Part shown: piece after piece, positions 28,324 through 37,162 of the stretch
Layout of the letters: each line of letters starts with the position of its first letter
Position numbering within the stretch: position 1 is the stretch's first letter
Source of the DNA: an uncultured Pseudomonadota bacterium
GTDB taxonomy: Bacteria > Pseudomonadota > Alphaproteobacteria > RF32 > CAG-239
Assembly: GCA_947054505.1 (NCBI GenBank)
Contig: CAMRWU010000010.1
Location: forward strand, 1,893-65,892
Length of the DNA stretch: 64,000 nucleotides
Direction: 5' to 3'
Made by a program: the position numbers and the translations under genes
The notes under the pieces: model-generated
Told to the model about the DNA's origin: nothing
The model's input: only the letters and a program-made list of their open reading frames with translations
Databases searched by the model: none

Positions 28324-30078
28324 TCAACGACAACTGGAAGCTGTTCCTCGTTCTTTAATTTCTTTTGTTAAAGAACAATCATCAGCTTTTACTGAAGAAA
28401 TGGTGCTACCACCACCATTTTGTGTTGCTTTGCTCCAGTATATGGAGTTTGTTCTTGTCATTGAATCAATTCCTACGGCAACGGAATAATCATCGGTTAA
28501 AACAACGGCAAGGGGACTTTTGTTTTTAACGAGATTGCTACATATTGTTCCGTCTGTATAAAGTATACTATCGTTATATATACTGCCTTCTTCTTCACAA
28601 TAATCTTCGGCAACCATTAAGCAACATTCTGATACTCCGAGAGTGTTTTTATTGCTGAGGTTACCGGTGCTGTCTATACATACCTGATAAGGTTCGTCGT
28701 TATCTTCAACAATATTTTCGCATTTGTAACAAGTTGAACCAGCTTCGGTTGTTGATGTCCCAGTTTGTTTCTGTGAAGATGTACAAGCCGTTTTGCTGTA
28801 ACCGCTCGGACATGTGTCATCTTTGTTCACACATTGGTAACAAGTTGAACCAGCTTCGGTTGTTGTTATCACAACTTTGTTCTGTATGTTTGTACAAGTA
28901 ATATCTTTGCTACCACTTGTACAAATGTCATTTTTACAGGTATCGTTAACCATTTTATATCCATTTTTGCAAGTGGTTACTTTATACCTGGTAACTTTCT
29001 CTGAACCACAACCGGTGGTACAACTTTCATAGTTGGTATTCACCGGTGCTGAAACCAAGGGATAAGAGGCTTCTGTACAGGTGTTATCCACACTATTACA
29101 CTTACACAAACCGCATTGTTGGCCGCCGGACCAACCACTCAAGCTGATATCCGGTTTGGTACTGCCACTGGTGCATGTTGTAACACCGGCTGTATACCCT
29201 GTCGGGCAACCAACCGCATCGCATGTTCCGTTAGCCTGATTCCAGCCTTTAGCCGTGTCGCAACCATCCAGTTTTTTCTTAGCACTGTTATCAGGACAAT
29301 CAGAACAAGTTCCTCCCATCGGGCAAACTGTCAAAGGATAAGCGCTACAATCTTCATTTTTGACGCAAGTACCATTTTGGTCGCTATATCCATCCTTACA
29401 GCCGGTCTGTTTATACTTATTATCACACTGATCGCAGGTTGCATTGGTTGGGCAGGAGGTCAACGAATAGTCGCTACAATCATTGATGCAGGTATCATTC
29501 TGTTTTGTGTGGCCCTTTTTGCAAGTCACAAGTTTATACCAGTTGATACAAGCTTCACAATTACCGTTGGTTGGACAAGAGCTTAGATTATACTCGTTCG
29601 GGTATATACACTCACTGTAATATTCCGTAGATGATGTTCGTCCTATCATATCTTCCGTAACAATAGTACAACTTTCTCCTCCTAAGATTTTCGGAGCGTA
29701 ACAGTTTGAGGGATAATAACGGTAATAAGAGGTATCGCAAATACATTCTTTATAACACGTCAAACCGGCTATCGGATGGACAACTCCTCTGCTGATAGAA
29801 TGTTCCGGACATGAATCAACCAGACCATAAATCTCGCATTTCCTATTGCTGATTTCTTTACCCCCGTCATTAGTCCTATTCACACCATAACTCTTGTTGT
29901 TGCCTAGATAATCAGGCAACCATGTCACTTTGGCCAGTTGATAACTTTCGCCGGAAGAAGCATATGAGGCCGGTTCCAGCGGTGTAGGGTTTTGTTTTAA
30001 GAGGAGGTTGGCTACCGTTTCGTTAACATATAAAAATAACGTTAAAGCGAAACATAACAAAGATAGATGATGTTTCAT
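28324..30078 (-). CDS. Secreted/surface cysteine-rich repeat protein (N-terminal 584 aa)
   Basis: Signal peptide MKHHLSLLCFALTLFLY, dozens of Cys in CxxxYxLxxCP and CxxC-type repeats, strong AAGGAGG ribosome-binding site and consensus promoter. Confidence 0.85.
   Translation of the reverse strand: MKHHLSLLCFALTLFLYVNETVANLLLKQNPTPLEPASYASSGESYQLAKVTWLPDYLGNNKSYGVNRTNDGGKEISNRKCEIYGLVDSCPEHSISRGVVHPIAGLTCYKECICDTSYYRYYPSNCYAPKILGGESCTIVTEDMIGRTSSTEYYSECIYPNEYNLSSCPTNGNCEACINWYKLVTCKKGHTKQNDTCINDCSDYSLTSCPTNATCDQCDNKYKQTGCKDGYSDQNGTCVKNEDCSAYPLTVCPMGGTCSDCPDNSAKKKLDGCDTAKGWNQANGTCDAVGCPTGYTAGVTTCTSGSTKPDISLSGWSGGQQCGLCKCNSVDNTCTEASYPLVSAPVNTNYESCTTGCGSEKVTRYKVTTCKNGYKMVNDTCKNDICTSGSKDITCTNIQNKVVITTTEAGSTCYQCVNKDDTCPSGYSKTACTSSQKQTGTSTTEAGSTCYKCENIVEDNDEPYQVCIDSTGNLSNKNTLGVSECCLMVAEDYCEEEGSIYNDSILYTDGTICSNLVKNKSPLAVVLTDDYSVAVGIDSMTRTNSIYWSKATQNGGGSTISSVKADDCSLTKEIKERGTASSCR
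28726..28865. repeat. Perfect 29-bp direct repeat, period 111 bp (37 aa), inside the Cys-rich gene
   Basis: GTAACAAGTTGAACCAGCTTCGGTTGTTG at 28726-28754 and 28837-28865 (encodes TTEAGSTCY). Confidence 0.9.
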
Positions 30079-30093
30079 GGCAGCCTCCTTTGC

Positions 30094-30149
30094 TTAAAAT
30101 AGAACCGGTCTCACCAGTCTATTTTAACAAAATCAGCGCAAAATGTCAA
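30094..30149 (-). promoter_or_regulatory. Consensus promoter of the Cys-rich gene overlapped by a 10-bp inverted repeat
   Basis: Minus strand TTGACA (30144-49), 17 bp, TAAAAT (30121-26); inverted repeat TTAAAATAGA 30094-103 / TCTATTTTAA 30118-127. Confidence 0.75.
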
Positions 30150-30185
30150 CAATCAATCGCGCAAGGAGGACAAAATTAGCTTTGT

Positions 30186-30734
30186 TTACATCACAAGCAG
30201 GGATAGAAATATGAAGCCATAGATGATAATGCCGCTCCAGTACATGCCGGCGACTTTGAAGTCGGCTCGTGACGGCATGGCGTTTTCAATGATAATTGTT
30301 TGCAACAAAACATATAAGACGTAGTTGACAAATGTCGGCGGTAATAATGGCAGGAAATATCTGTTGAGATAAAAACCGATGGGTAGTAACAACAGCGGAG
30401 CCATGGCTGACGGAACAGCGTTGTAAAAGGTGATGTTGCGAAAACCGACGCTCCCCATGACATAGTTGCCGTCTTCACTACGGCGGGGAATAATTGTAAA
30501 GTTGCAGGGGTGTGCGTTCAAAAACAAGCCGACACTAAAATGCATCAATTCATGCAAGACGGTGCCGGGGATGTTGACTAAGGCGCTCATCCACATGCTG
30601 CTATACGTTGTGTATTTGAAACGGAGCAGAATGATTACCAACAAAATGAGATAAAATCTATTGTCGAAAAAGCCGCGCAGAAATGTCGGGCTGTTTAACG
30701 TATACATAATTTTATAATAAAGTTCGTATAGCAT
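30186..30734 (-). CDS. Membrane-embedded HExxH metalloprotease-like protein (M50-like)
   Basis: PGTVLHELMHF, G.V, AMAPLLL, several TM segments. Confidence 0.7.
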   Translation of the reverse strand: MLYELYYKIMYTLNSPTFLRGFFDNRFYLILLVIILLRFKYTTYSSMWMSALVNIPGTVLHELMHFSVGLFLNAHPCNFTIIPRRSEDGNYVMGSVGFRNITFYNAVPSAMAPLLLLPIGFYLNRYFLPLLPPTFVNYVLYVLLQTIIIENAMPSRADFKVAGMYWSGIIIYGFIFLSLLVM

Positions 30735-31370
30735 TTATTTGACCTTTTTCAGGCTGTTTAACCCAGCCATGTATGTGTTCAAAAGTAGTTTGCAGATGTT
30801 TTGTTTGTTGACTTGGCGGAGGTTTTCCCATGTTCCGCCGATTAAAAAGCCGCTAAGGGCAAAAAGACTCATTGTCAGGACTTGACCAGCCAAACGTTTT
30901 TCGTTGTGATGCAAGTGTCCCAGCATTAGGTAAACCTGATTTTCGAGAAGCTGTTCAATCCGTTTTATTTTGCGGATATAGGAGAATGAAAACTCTGATG
31001 TTTTGGGATTTTGGTGAGCGGAAAAAAGCAGTTGCCACAAGTTGGGATTGTTTATAACAAAGTTGCTGAACGTATCAACATAACGATTGAGAGTGACGTA
31101 AGGATTGGAATCCGGCAGAAGGCGTTTCATTGTCTGATAAAGTTCGTCGAGAGTTTGCATATTTTCAAGCAAAATAAAATTTTCCATAGTTGAAAACTGG
31201 TTGTAAATACTGCCGACAGAGGTTGATGAGGCTTCTGACAGTTTGCGGGCGGTCAGATATTCCGGTCCTTTATCAATGACCAGTTTGCGCCCGATTTTTA
31301 AGAGGTTGGCACGCACTTGTTCTTTGATGAACATTTTTAATTTTTCGTCGTGGAGCTTTTCATTTATCAT
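30735..31370 (-). CDS. TetR-family transcriptional regulator (WHG-like C-terminus)
   Basis: HTH LTARKLSEASSTSVGSIYNQF; stop codon abuts the next start (TAAATG). Confidence 0.8.
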   Translation of the reverse strand: MINEKLHDEKLKMFIKEQVRANLLKIGRKLVIDKGPEYLTARKLSEASSTSVGSIYNQFSTMENFILLENMQTLDELYQTMKRLLPDSNPYVTLNRYVDTFSNFVINNPNLWQLLFSAHQNPKTSEFSFSYIRKIKRIEQLLENQVYLMLGHLHHNEKRLAGQVLTMSLFALSGFLIGGTWENLRQVNKQNICKLLLNTYMAGLNSLKKVK

Positions 31371-31488
31371 CGCGTATTGTCTTTTCTGCTTTTCGCCGTT
31401 ATATTTAATAAAATATTTGTAATTCGGATTATAGAATAAACAATAAATGAACACTGTTCAATTTAATTTTGATAATGCGGGAAAAAAT

Positions 31489-32343
31489 ATGAAAAAATTT
31501 GTTTATGGTGTTTGCGTGAGTATGGTCTTGGGTATCACTGGTGCAGATGCTCAGGAAAGCGGTGTGATTCAACGGGATTTTTTGATTGATGAGCAAGTGG
31601 CGGCGGAAGTCGAGCGTGATGCGGCGGCGGCAAAAAATGTGTTGAAAGAACAAGATGTGGAAGCGGCGCAAAATCAGGCGAAAAGACTGTTAAAGGCGCG
31701 TCCGCAAGCTTTGCGTAAACAGAATTTCCCGAAGCTCAGAAGCCAGATTAAAGCACCTGTGGTTGCTGAAAAAGCCGTTGCGGCACCGTTTGGTTTGATT
31801 TGGGGCGCCTCCATTAATGATACTCGCAATCAGGGAGTATTGTTGCAAGCGGTAGGCGAAAAAGATTATGTGAATAATTTTTCGGCATCTCATTTAACAA
31901 AACCGGTGAGCGATTTTGCGCGAATCGATGTGACTTTTGGTGAGGAAGATGAGCTATGGAGGATTGTTGCTTACGGACAGTTGCAAGATGATGATGCAAA
32001 AGCAACAAAAGTTTTGCGGCTATATAAAATTTATAATGATTTGCTAACTAAAAAATATGGGCATGCTCAACAATTTTTTACTCCGGCGTTAATTCAGGTT
32101 GAAAAGAAAGATGAGAAAGGACGTCCGGTTTTGGAACAGGAGGAAGCTCCGATCGGAAATGCCAATTTCTTACAACAGTTGCAGAGCGGAGAAGCCGTTT
32201 TATATTCGACATATTATAATGATGAAGTTGGGGCTGCTTTGGCTGTCAATGTTGACGGCGACGGAAAAAGTTATATAGTGCTGGATTATAAAAATCTGAA
32301 AATTTTGCGACAACGAGAAAATGTTACGTTGGATGCTTTGTAA
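31489..32343 (+). CDS. Exported hypothetical protein
   Basis: Signal peptide MKKFVYGVCVSMVLGITGADA; APFGLIWG motif. Confidence 0.8.
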   Translation: MKKFVYGVCVSMVLGITGADAQESGVIQRDFLIDEQVAAEVERDAAAAKNVLKEQDVEAAQNQAKRLLKARPQALRKQNFPKLRSQIKAPVVAEKAVAAPFGLIWGASINDTRNQGVLLQAVGEKDYVNNFSASHLTKPVSDFARIDVTFGEEDELWRIVAYGQLQDDDAKATKVLRLYKIYNDLLTKKYGHAQQFFTPALIQVEKKDEKGRPVLEQEEAPIGNANFLQQLQSGEAVLYSTYYNDEVGAALAVNVDGDGKSYIVLDYKNLKILRQRENVTLDAL

Positions 32344-32410
32344 AACAAAAATTAAGAATTACGAACTAAATATGATTTTTAATAAATCATAGTACTAAGG
32401 ATAATAAAGA

Positions 32411-33769
32411 ATGAAAAAAATTGCTTTTTGCGGCGCATCGGGAAATGGAATCAGCCCGCTTGAACAAATTATGATAAAAAAAGGATATGAGGTTTACGGA
32501 TCTGATTTGAGTTTTGATGAAGGACGTGATGTTTCCCGCAAAAAAGCTCTCGAAAACGTGGGGTTGCACATCATTCCGCAAAATGGTAGCGGTATTACGC
32601 CGGATATGGAGTGCTTGTATGTTTCGGCAATTATTGATGAAAATAATCCTGATGTGAAAGCCGCTCGTTCATTTAATATTCCAATCAAAAAACGTTCGGA
32701 TTTGTTGCAAGAATTGTTTAGTCAGTACTCTAAAGGAATCGCCGTCGGCGGGACTGCCGGAAAAACAACAACCACGGCAATGATCGGTTATATTCTTGAT
32801 ACTCTCGGCAAAAAGCCTTGTATGATTAACGGGGGGATGTTGTGTAATTTTGAGGATCGTCCGGGGTTGCCAAATTATATCTATAACGAGAGCGATATCT
32901 GTGTTATTGAGGCCGATGAAAGTGATGGTTCAATTCAGAAGTATTATCCGTATATCGGTATTGTCAACAATATCTCTCATGATCATACCAGTATGGAAAA
33001 ATTGGTAGAATATTTCAGCAATTTTGCGGCACATGTTCAGCATGCTTTAATTGTGAACTATGATTGTCCGTTGGCCAGCAAGTTGGCTTGTTCAAAGCAG
33101 GTTTTCAGTTTTTCAATCCAAAATTCTGAGGCTGATATCTATGCAACAGATATCAAGGCGGTGGCTCATGGTATCGAATATTCTCTTGATGGCAGAAGAT
33201 TTTCTTTAGGGGTTATCGGCAAGTTTAATGTTTCCAATGCGCTGGCGGCGATTGCCTCCTGTATGATGTTGGGAATTGACAAGTTTGAGGCCGCCAAAGC
33301 TTTGGAAGGTTTTACCGGAATTAAGGTGCGGTTGGAAAAAGTCGGAACATCTAAAGATGTAACGTTTTATGATGATTTTGCTCATAATCCAAGCAAGATT
33401 GCCGCTTCGGTTGCCGCATTGAAAGAATATCCGGGGCGGGTGATTGTGATGTATCAGCCGCATACGCCGTTTTCGGTTATCAATACCGGTGATGAAGTGG
33501 CGGAAGTTTTGCCGAAAGTTATGAGTGATGATGATATCATCCTGATGCAGGAAATTTATGAAAAAACGCCGGCGGATGCTGTTTCGGCCAATGATATTAT
33601 TTCTAAAATTCGCGAACATGGTCACAATAATGCTCATTTTATGTCTCAACGTGATGAGGTTCGTCGGTTTATTTTAGATAATGTTCGTGCCGGTGACAGA
33701 GTTGTGATTATGGGGGCGCATGATAATTCTCTTCCTGATTTTAGTCGCGAACTTTTGAAAGCTGTTTAG
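32411..33769 (+). CDS. Mur ligase of the MurC/Mpl family, probably murein-peptide ligase Mpl
   Basis: GASGNGIS Rossmann motif, GTAGKTTTT, IEADESDG, YDDFAHNP (Phe as in Mpl DDFAHHP); adjacent to an LD-carboxypeptidase. Confidence 0.8.
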   Translation: MKKIAFCGASGNGISPLEQIMIKKGYEVYGSDLSFDEGRDVSRKKALENVGLHIIPQNGSGITPDMECLYVSAIIDENNPDVKAARSFNIPIKKRSDLLQELFSQYSKGIAVGGTAGKTTTTAMIGYILDTLGKKPCMINGGMLCNFEDRPGLPNYIYNESDICVIEADESDGSIQKYYPYIGIVNNISHDHTSMEKLVEYFSNFAAHVQHALIVNYDCPLASKLACSKQVFSFSIQNSEADIYATDIKAVAHGIEYSLDGRRFSLGVIGKFNVSNALAAIASCMMLGIDKFEAAKALEGFTGIKVRLEKVGTSKDVTFYDDFAHNPSKIAASVAALKEYPGRVIVMYQPHTPFSVINTGDEVAEVLPKVMSDDDIILMQEIYEKTPADAVSANDIISKIREHGHNNAHFMSQRDEVRRFILDNVRAGDRVVIMGAHDNSLPDFSRELLKAV

Positions 33770-34669
33770 ATGTCTGATTTGTTACATACCGGAGATACTG
33801 TCGCTCTTGTTTCACCGTCAATTTCCTTAAATCGGAAACGGGATATTAATGTTGACGGTGTCGTTCGGTATTTAACGTCGCTGGGTTTTAAGGTGATTGT
33901 GGCACCAAGTTGTTATTCCGGTTTGACCTTAACTGCGGACAGCGATAAGGCCAAAGCAGATGATATTATGGCGATGTATCGCAATCTTGAGGTGAAGGCT
34001 TTGTTTGCGTTGCACGGTGGGGCAGCGTCTTTGCGGGTTCTTCCTTTTTTGGATTTTGATGAGATAAAAAAGAATCCGAAACCGCTTATTGGTTTTAGTG
34101 ATACGAGTTCTATTCAAATGGGGATTTATTCTCAGACTGGGTTACCTTATATCAGCGGTTTTTTAGGAGAATATGAACTGCGACAAGGTGAGGTTGACGC
34201 TCTTGTTGTTCAGGATTTGCGCACTGTTCTCAAAGGTGAAAAATTCTATTCGCGAGAAGGAGTGTCTTTGCGCGGTGGTGTTGCTGAGGGTGTTTTAATC
34301 GGAGGCAATCTCAGTATCTTCAGTGACTTGACCGGTACTCCGTATTATCCGGATATTCGTGACAAAATTATCTTGTTTGAAGATGAATGTGAGAAACCTT
34401 ATAAAATCAATCTGATGTTGACGCAGTTGCGGCTTAATCCGTGGTTTGAACACGTGCGAGGGGTGGTGTTCGGGCGTTTCAGCGAATGTGAATTGGAAGG
34501 TTCAACGTTTGGAACGGTTGATGATGTGATTGATGATTTTGTTCGTCAGACCAAGGTTCCCGTCATCAAGAATTTTAATTACGGACATTTTCCCACGCGT
34601 CATGTTTTAACATTGGGAGTATCCTATCGCTTGGATGCAGATAATTGCGTGTTAGAACAAATTGGATAG
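33770..34669 (+). CDS. LD-carboxypeptidase (S66 family)
   Basis: ALHGGAAS, IGFSDTS, GGNLS, LFEDECE, FNYGH (Ser-Glu-His triad context). Confidence 0.92.
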   Translation: MSDLLHTGDTVALVSPSISLNRKRDINVDGVVRYLTSLGFKVIVAPSCYSGLTLTADSDKAKADDIMAMYRNLEVKALFALHGGAASLRVLPFLDFDEIKKNPKPLIGFSDTSSIQMGIYSQTGLPYISGFLGEYELRQGEVDALVVQDLRTVLKGEKFYSREGVSLRGGVAEGVLIGGNLSIFSDLTGTPYYPDIRDKIILFEDECEKPYKINLMLTQLRLNPWFEHVRGVVFGRFSECELEGSTFGTVDDVIDDFVRQTKVPVIKNFNYGHFPTRHVLTLGVSYRLDADNCVLEQIG

Positions 34670-35335
34670 AAAATTCATTGCCATATTTAAGTTTTTTGTG
34701 TTCAGGTTCGCGATGAGTTCCTGATATATCCAGATGCCTTCCCAGCCGCGGCTGTTGAAAGCAAGCATTGAGCCGATTGTCCATAGATTGGCAGACGGGA
34801 GAAATAAGACGCAAAATAAGTAAGAGACTTTAGGCAAATCTGTTTGTTTTTCGTGGATTTGAGAGCCGACAGCGTCTAAGTGGTAGCCGATTAAAAAACC
34901 GAGGATGCCGTTTAAAAACAAATTCATAGGGGCAAAATGGGTGTAAAAAGAAACGGCAATCATGAAAAAGAAGCCAAAGAGCGGAAAGAAGTAAGGTGCA
35001 ATGGTAATCAACCAGTTTCCTTCTCCCTCAAACGACATATTGCCGCCGGAGTTGTCCCAAGCAATACGGATGCCGGTAACCTTGTGCAGTGTCAATAACG
35101 CAAAAAAGGCGTGGGTCAGTTCGTGCGCAAGGATTTCCATGCTGGTTTTAACGCTGGAATCCATCATTCCGCGAGAGATGAAAAATAAAAAGAAACCACC
35201 AAACAAGGCCAGATAACGAAAGTTGGTAAATTGAAAATATGCCAACGACTGAGCGTATGCCGGTAAAGATATCAGCATGTATAGTGCAACAGGCCATTTT
35301 AACAATTCTATGAAACGGTTTAGTAGTATTTTCAT
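34652..35335 (-). CDS. Peptidase M50B-like membrane protein
   Basis: ILAHELTHAFFA, SGG, ITIAPYFFP, multiple TM segments. Confidence 0.75.
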   Translation of the reverse strand: MKILLNRFIELLKWPVALYMLISLPAYAQSLAYFQFTNFRYLALFGGFFLFFISRGMMDSSVKTSMEILAHELTHAFFALLTLHKVTGIRIAWDNSGGNMSFEGEGNWLITIAPYFFPLFGFFFMIAVSFYTHFAPMNLFLNGILGFLIGYHLDAVGSQIHEKQTDLPKVSYLFCVLFLPSANLWTIGSMLAFNSRGWEGIWIYQELIANLNTKNLNMAMNFLSNLF

Positions 35336-35524
35336 GTTTTCCTCTACGACTATTTTATATAAAATAAAAAATATTTCACTTGCTTTATGTATTCTATTAA
35401 CATTTCTTCAATAATTGTTATTTATGCTAGGTTTATAACTTATAACGTTATAAGTTTGCGGCCGCCTTCGGCTTCCCCCAGAAATTTCGGAGGCGGCTTT
35501 TGAGTTTTTTGGAAGGATGTTGTA

Positions 35525-35824
35525 ATGGCCAGTGAAAATTTGGATATGTATGATTTTTTGATTAATGATGAAGACGAGGCAATGTTGTTGCTGTATGTCA
35601 GAGATGGCGAACCTAAAAATCCGACCATAAATGTTGATATGGATGCTAAAACAGCGGTATTAAAAAGAAATGATGATGATGTCTTGTCTTTGCAAGGTAT
35701 TCCGGAGAATGTTATCGACAGCATGCAGGAAGCGGATAAGCTTTTGGTTTGCGAGCTTAGTCGTGAAGAAGATGACAAAGACAGTAAAATTGTTTTTGCG
35801 TATGAGGCAGATATTACTGATTAG
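35525..35824 (+). CDS. Small acidic hypothetical protein (99 aa)
   Basis: GGAAGGA ribosome-binding site, host-like codon usage, terminator 35844-35880; 27 D/E versus 9 K/R. Confidence 0.8.
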   Translation: MASENLDMYDFLINDEDEAMLLLYVRDGEPKNPTINVDMDAKTAVLKRNDDDVLSLQGIPENVIDSMQEADKLLVCELSREEDDKDSKIVFAYEADITD

Positions 35825-35843
35825 AATTTTATGCGGTTTGAAA

Positions 35844-35880
35844 AATAAAAACGAGCTGTTCAAACAGCTCGTTTTTATTT
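35844..35880. terminator. Bidirectional terminator
   Basis: AATAAAAACGAGCTGT-TCAA-ACAGCTCGTTTTTATT perfect 16-bp stem. Confidence 0.9.
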
Positions 35881-36481
35881 AATAAGTTACAAAATCTTTT
35901 TTGAATATTTGTCGCCAAAGTTTTTGTGTCATTTCTTCAAGATTGTCGTAGGTTTCCGATACTATCGTCAGATTCAGCTTTTTTGCACGGGCCCGATGAA
36001 CAGGGCGAGAACGAAATTTGCAGACTTCGTTATGAGCCTTTTTTTCATCGAAAATCCATTTGTATCTTCCGGCAATGTAAACGTCTTCTTCAAAAAAATA
36101 GTGTTCGGAGACGGGAATGTCATTGATGAAACGTTTTTCGTATTGATAGCTCTGGTGTTCAAGTGTGAGCTTGGTCAGAAAATCGTTCCATTGAGAGGCC
36201 AAACGGAAATGAGAAATCAGTTCGGTGTCACCACAGGTGAGAAGATTGGTGATGAAGACATCATCATAAATTCTTGCGATGTGTGAACCGCTGTAGATTT
36301 CTCTTTTTTTGCAGAAGAAATAGCGTTTTCTGATTTGAGTACAGATTTGGGCAATCTGTTTGTTGGCGGGATGCAGTCGATGAAACCGTAGCAAGACGAT
36401 TTCTTCCGACGGCGAGAAACCAACGCGTTGCTTCTTTCTGAGTTCGCGGTAACGGCGAAACATCTTTAGAATATTTTTCAT
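35879..36481 (-). CDS. Hypothetical protein (200 aa)
   Basis: Longest ORF of the interval; upstream minus-strand TTGACA-17-GATACT; basic N-terminus. Confidence 0.7.
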   Translation of the reverse strand: MKNILKMFRRYRELRKKQRVGFSPSEEIVLLRFHRLHPANKQIAQICTQIRKRYFFCKKREIYSGSHIARIYDDVFITNLLTCGDTELISHFRLASQWNDFLTKLTLEHQSYQYEKRFINDIPVSEHYFFEEDVYIAGRYKWIFDEKKAHNEVCKFRSRPVHRARAKKLNLTIVSETYDNLEEMTQKLWRQIFKKDFVTY

Positions 36482-36559
36482 AAAATAATAGGGTTAATAG
36501 CTTATTTTGAGCGTCAGTATCGGCTTCTTATTTTTCTTTGTCAAGGCAAAATATGATAT

Positions 36560-36588
36560 AAAAAAAGCCGGTTGAAAAACCGGCTTTT
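36560..36588 (-). terminator. Terminator after rplQ
   Basis: AAAAGCCGGTT/AACCGGCTTTT stem with a long U tract on the minus strand. Confidence 0.85.
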
Positions 36589-36605
36589 GGAGAGTATCGC
36601 TAAAC

Positions 36606-37055
36606 TTATTTAGCTTCAGCATTGGCTTTTTCAACCTCAGCGGCAGCAGCTCTTTCAGCCGCAACACGTGCCAAGTCTTTAGCGCCTTTAGCGTTAACAT
36701 CACGGTCAACTAACTCAACGATAGCCATCGGAGCGCAGTCACCATAACGAATGCCGGCTTTCAGAACGCGAGTGTAACCGCCGTTACGGTCTTTGTAGCG
36801 TTCAGCCAATGTAGAGAAAAGTTTGGAAACAACTTCGTTATCACGTAAAAATGCCAAAGCCTGGCGACGGTTGTTCAACTGACCTTTTTTACCCAAAGTA
36901 ATCATGTTGTCAACGAAGGTTCTCAATTCTTTTGCTCTGGGAAGAGTAACTTTAATTTGTTCATGGGTCAGAACAGCAGCGGTCAGGTTAGAGAATAAAG
37001 CCTTGCGAGCGTTTGTGTCCATGTTCAATTTGCGATGTTTCATTCCATGTCTCAT
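36606..37055 (-). CDS. rplQ: 50S ribosomal protein L17 (stand-alone, outside the alpha operon)
   Basis: [41 protein letters not shown]. Confidence 0.99.
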   Translation of the reverse strand: MRHGMKHRKLNMDTNARKALFSNLTAAVLTHEQIKVTLPRAKELRTFVDNMITLGKKGQLNNRRQALAFLRDNEVVSKLFSTLAERYKDRNGGYTRVLKAGIRYGDCAPMAIVELVDRDVNAKGAKDLARVAAERAAAAEVEKANAEAK

Positions 37056-37162
37056 GACATTTTCCTTTCTTTTCTCTGTGGCTTGCGGGGCAAGCCGTAT
37101 AAAACGCAGACTCACCACGGATTTGCACGGCAATCATGCATGAGTCCTTCCAATTCGAAGTG

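Noticed and set aside
28726-28865. 29-bp direct repeats as a mini-CRISPR array
   Set aside because: Only two copies, in frame inside a protein repeat, with an 82-bp gap and no cas genes or leader.
35397-35411. Single 7/8 CtrA-like match (TTAA-N7-TCAA)
   Set aside because: An isolated imperfect match in very AT-rich DNA is expected by chance.
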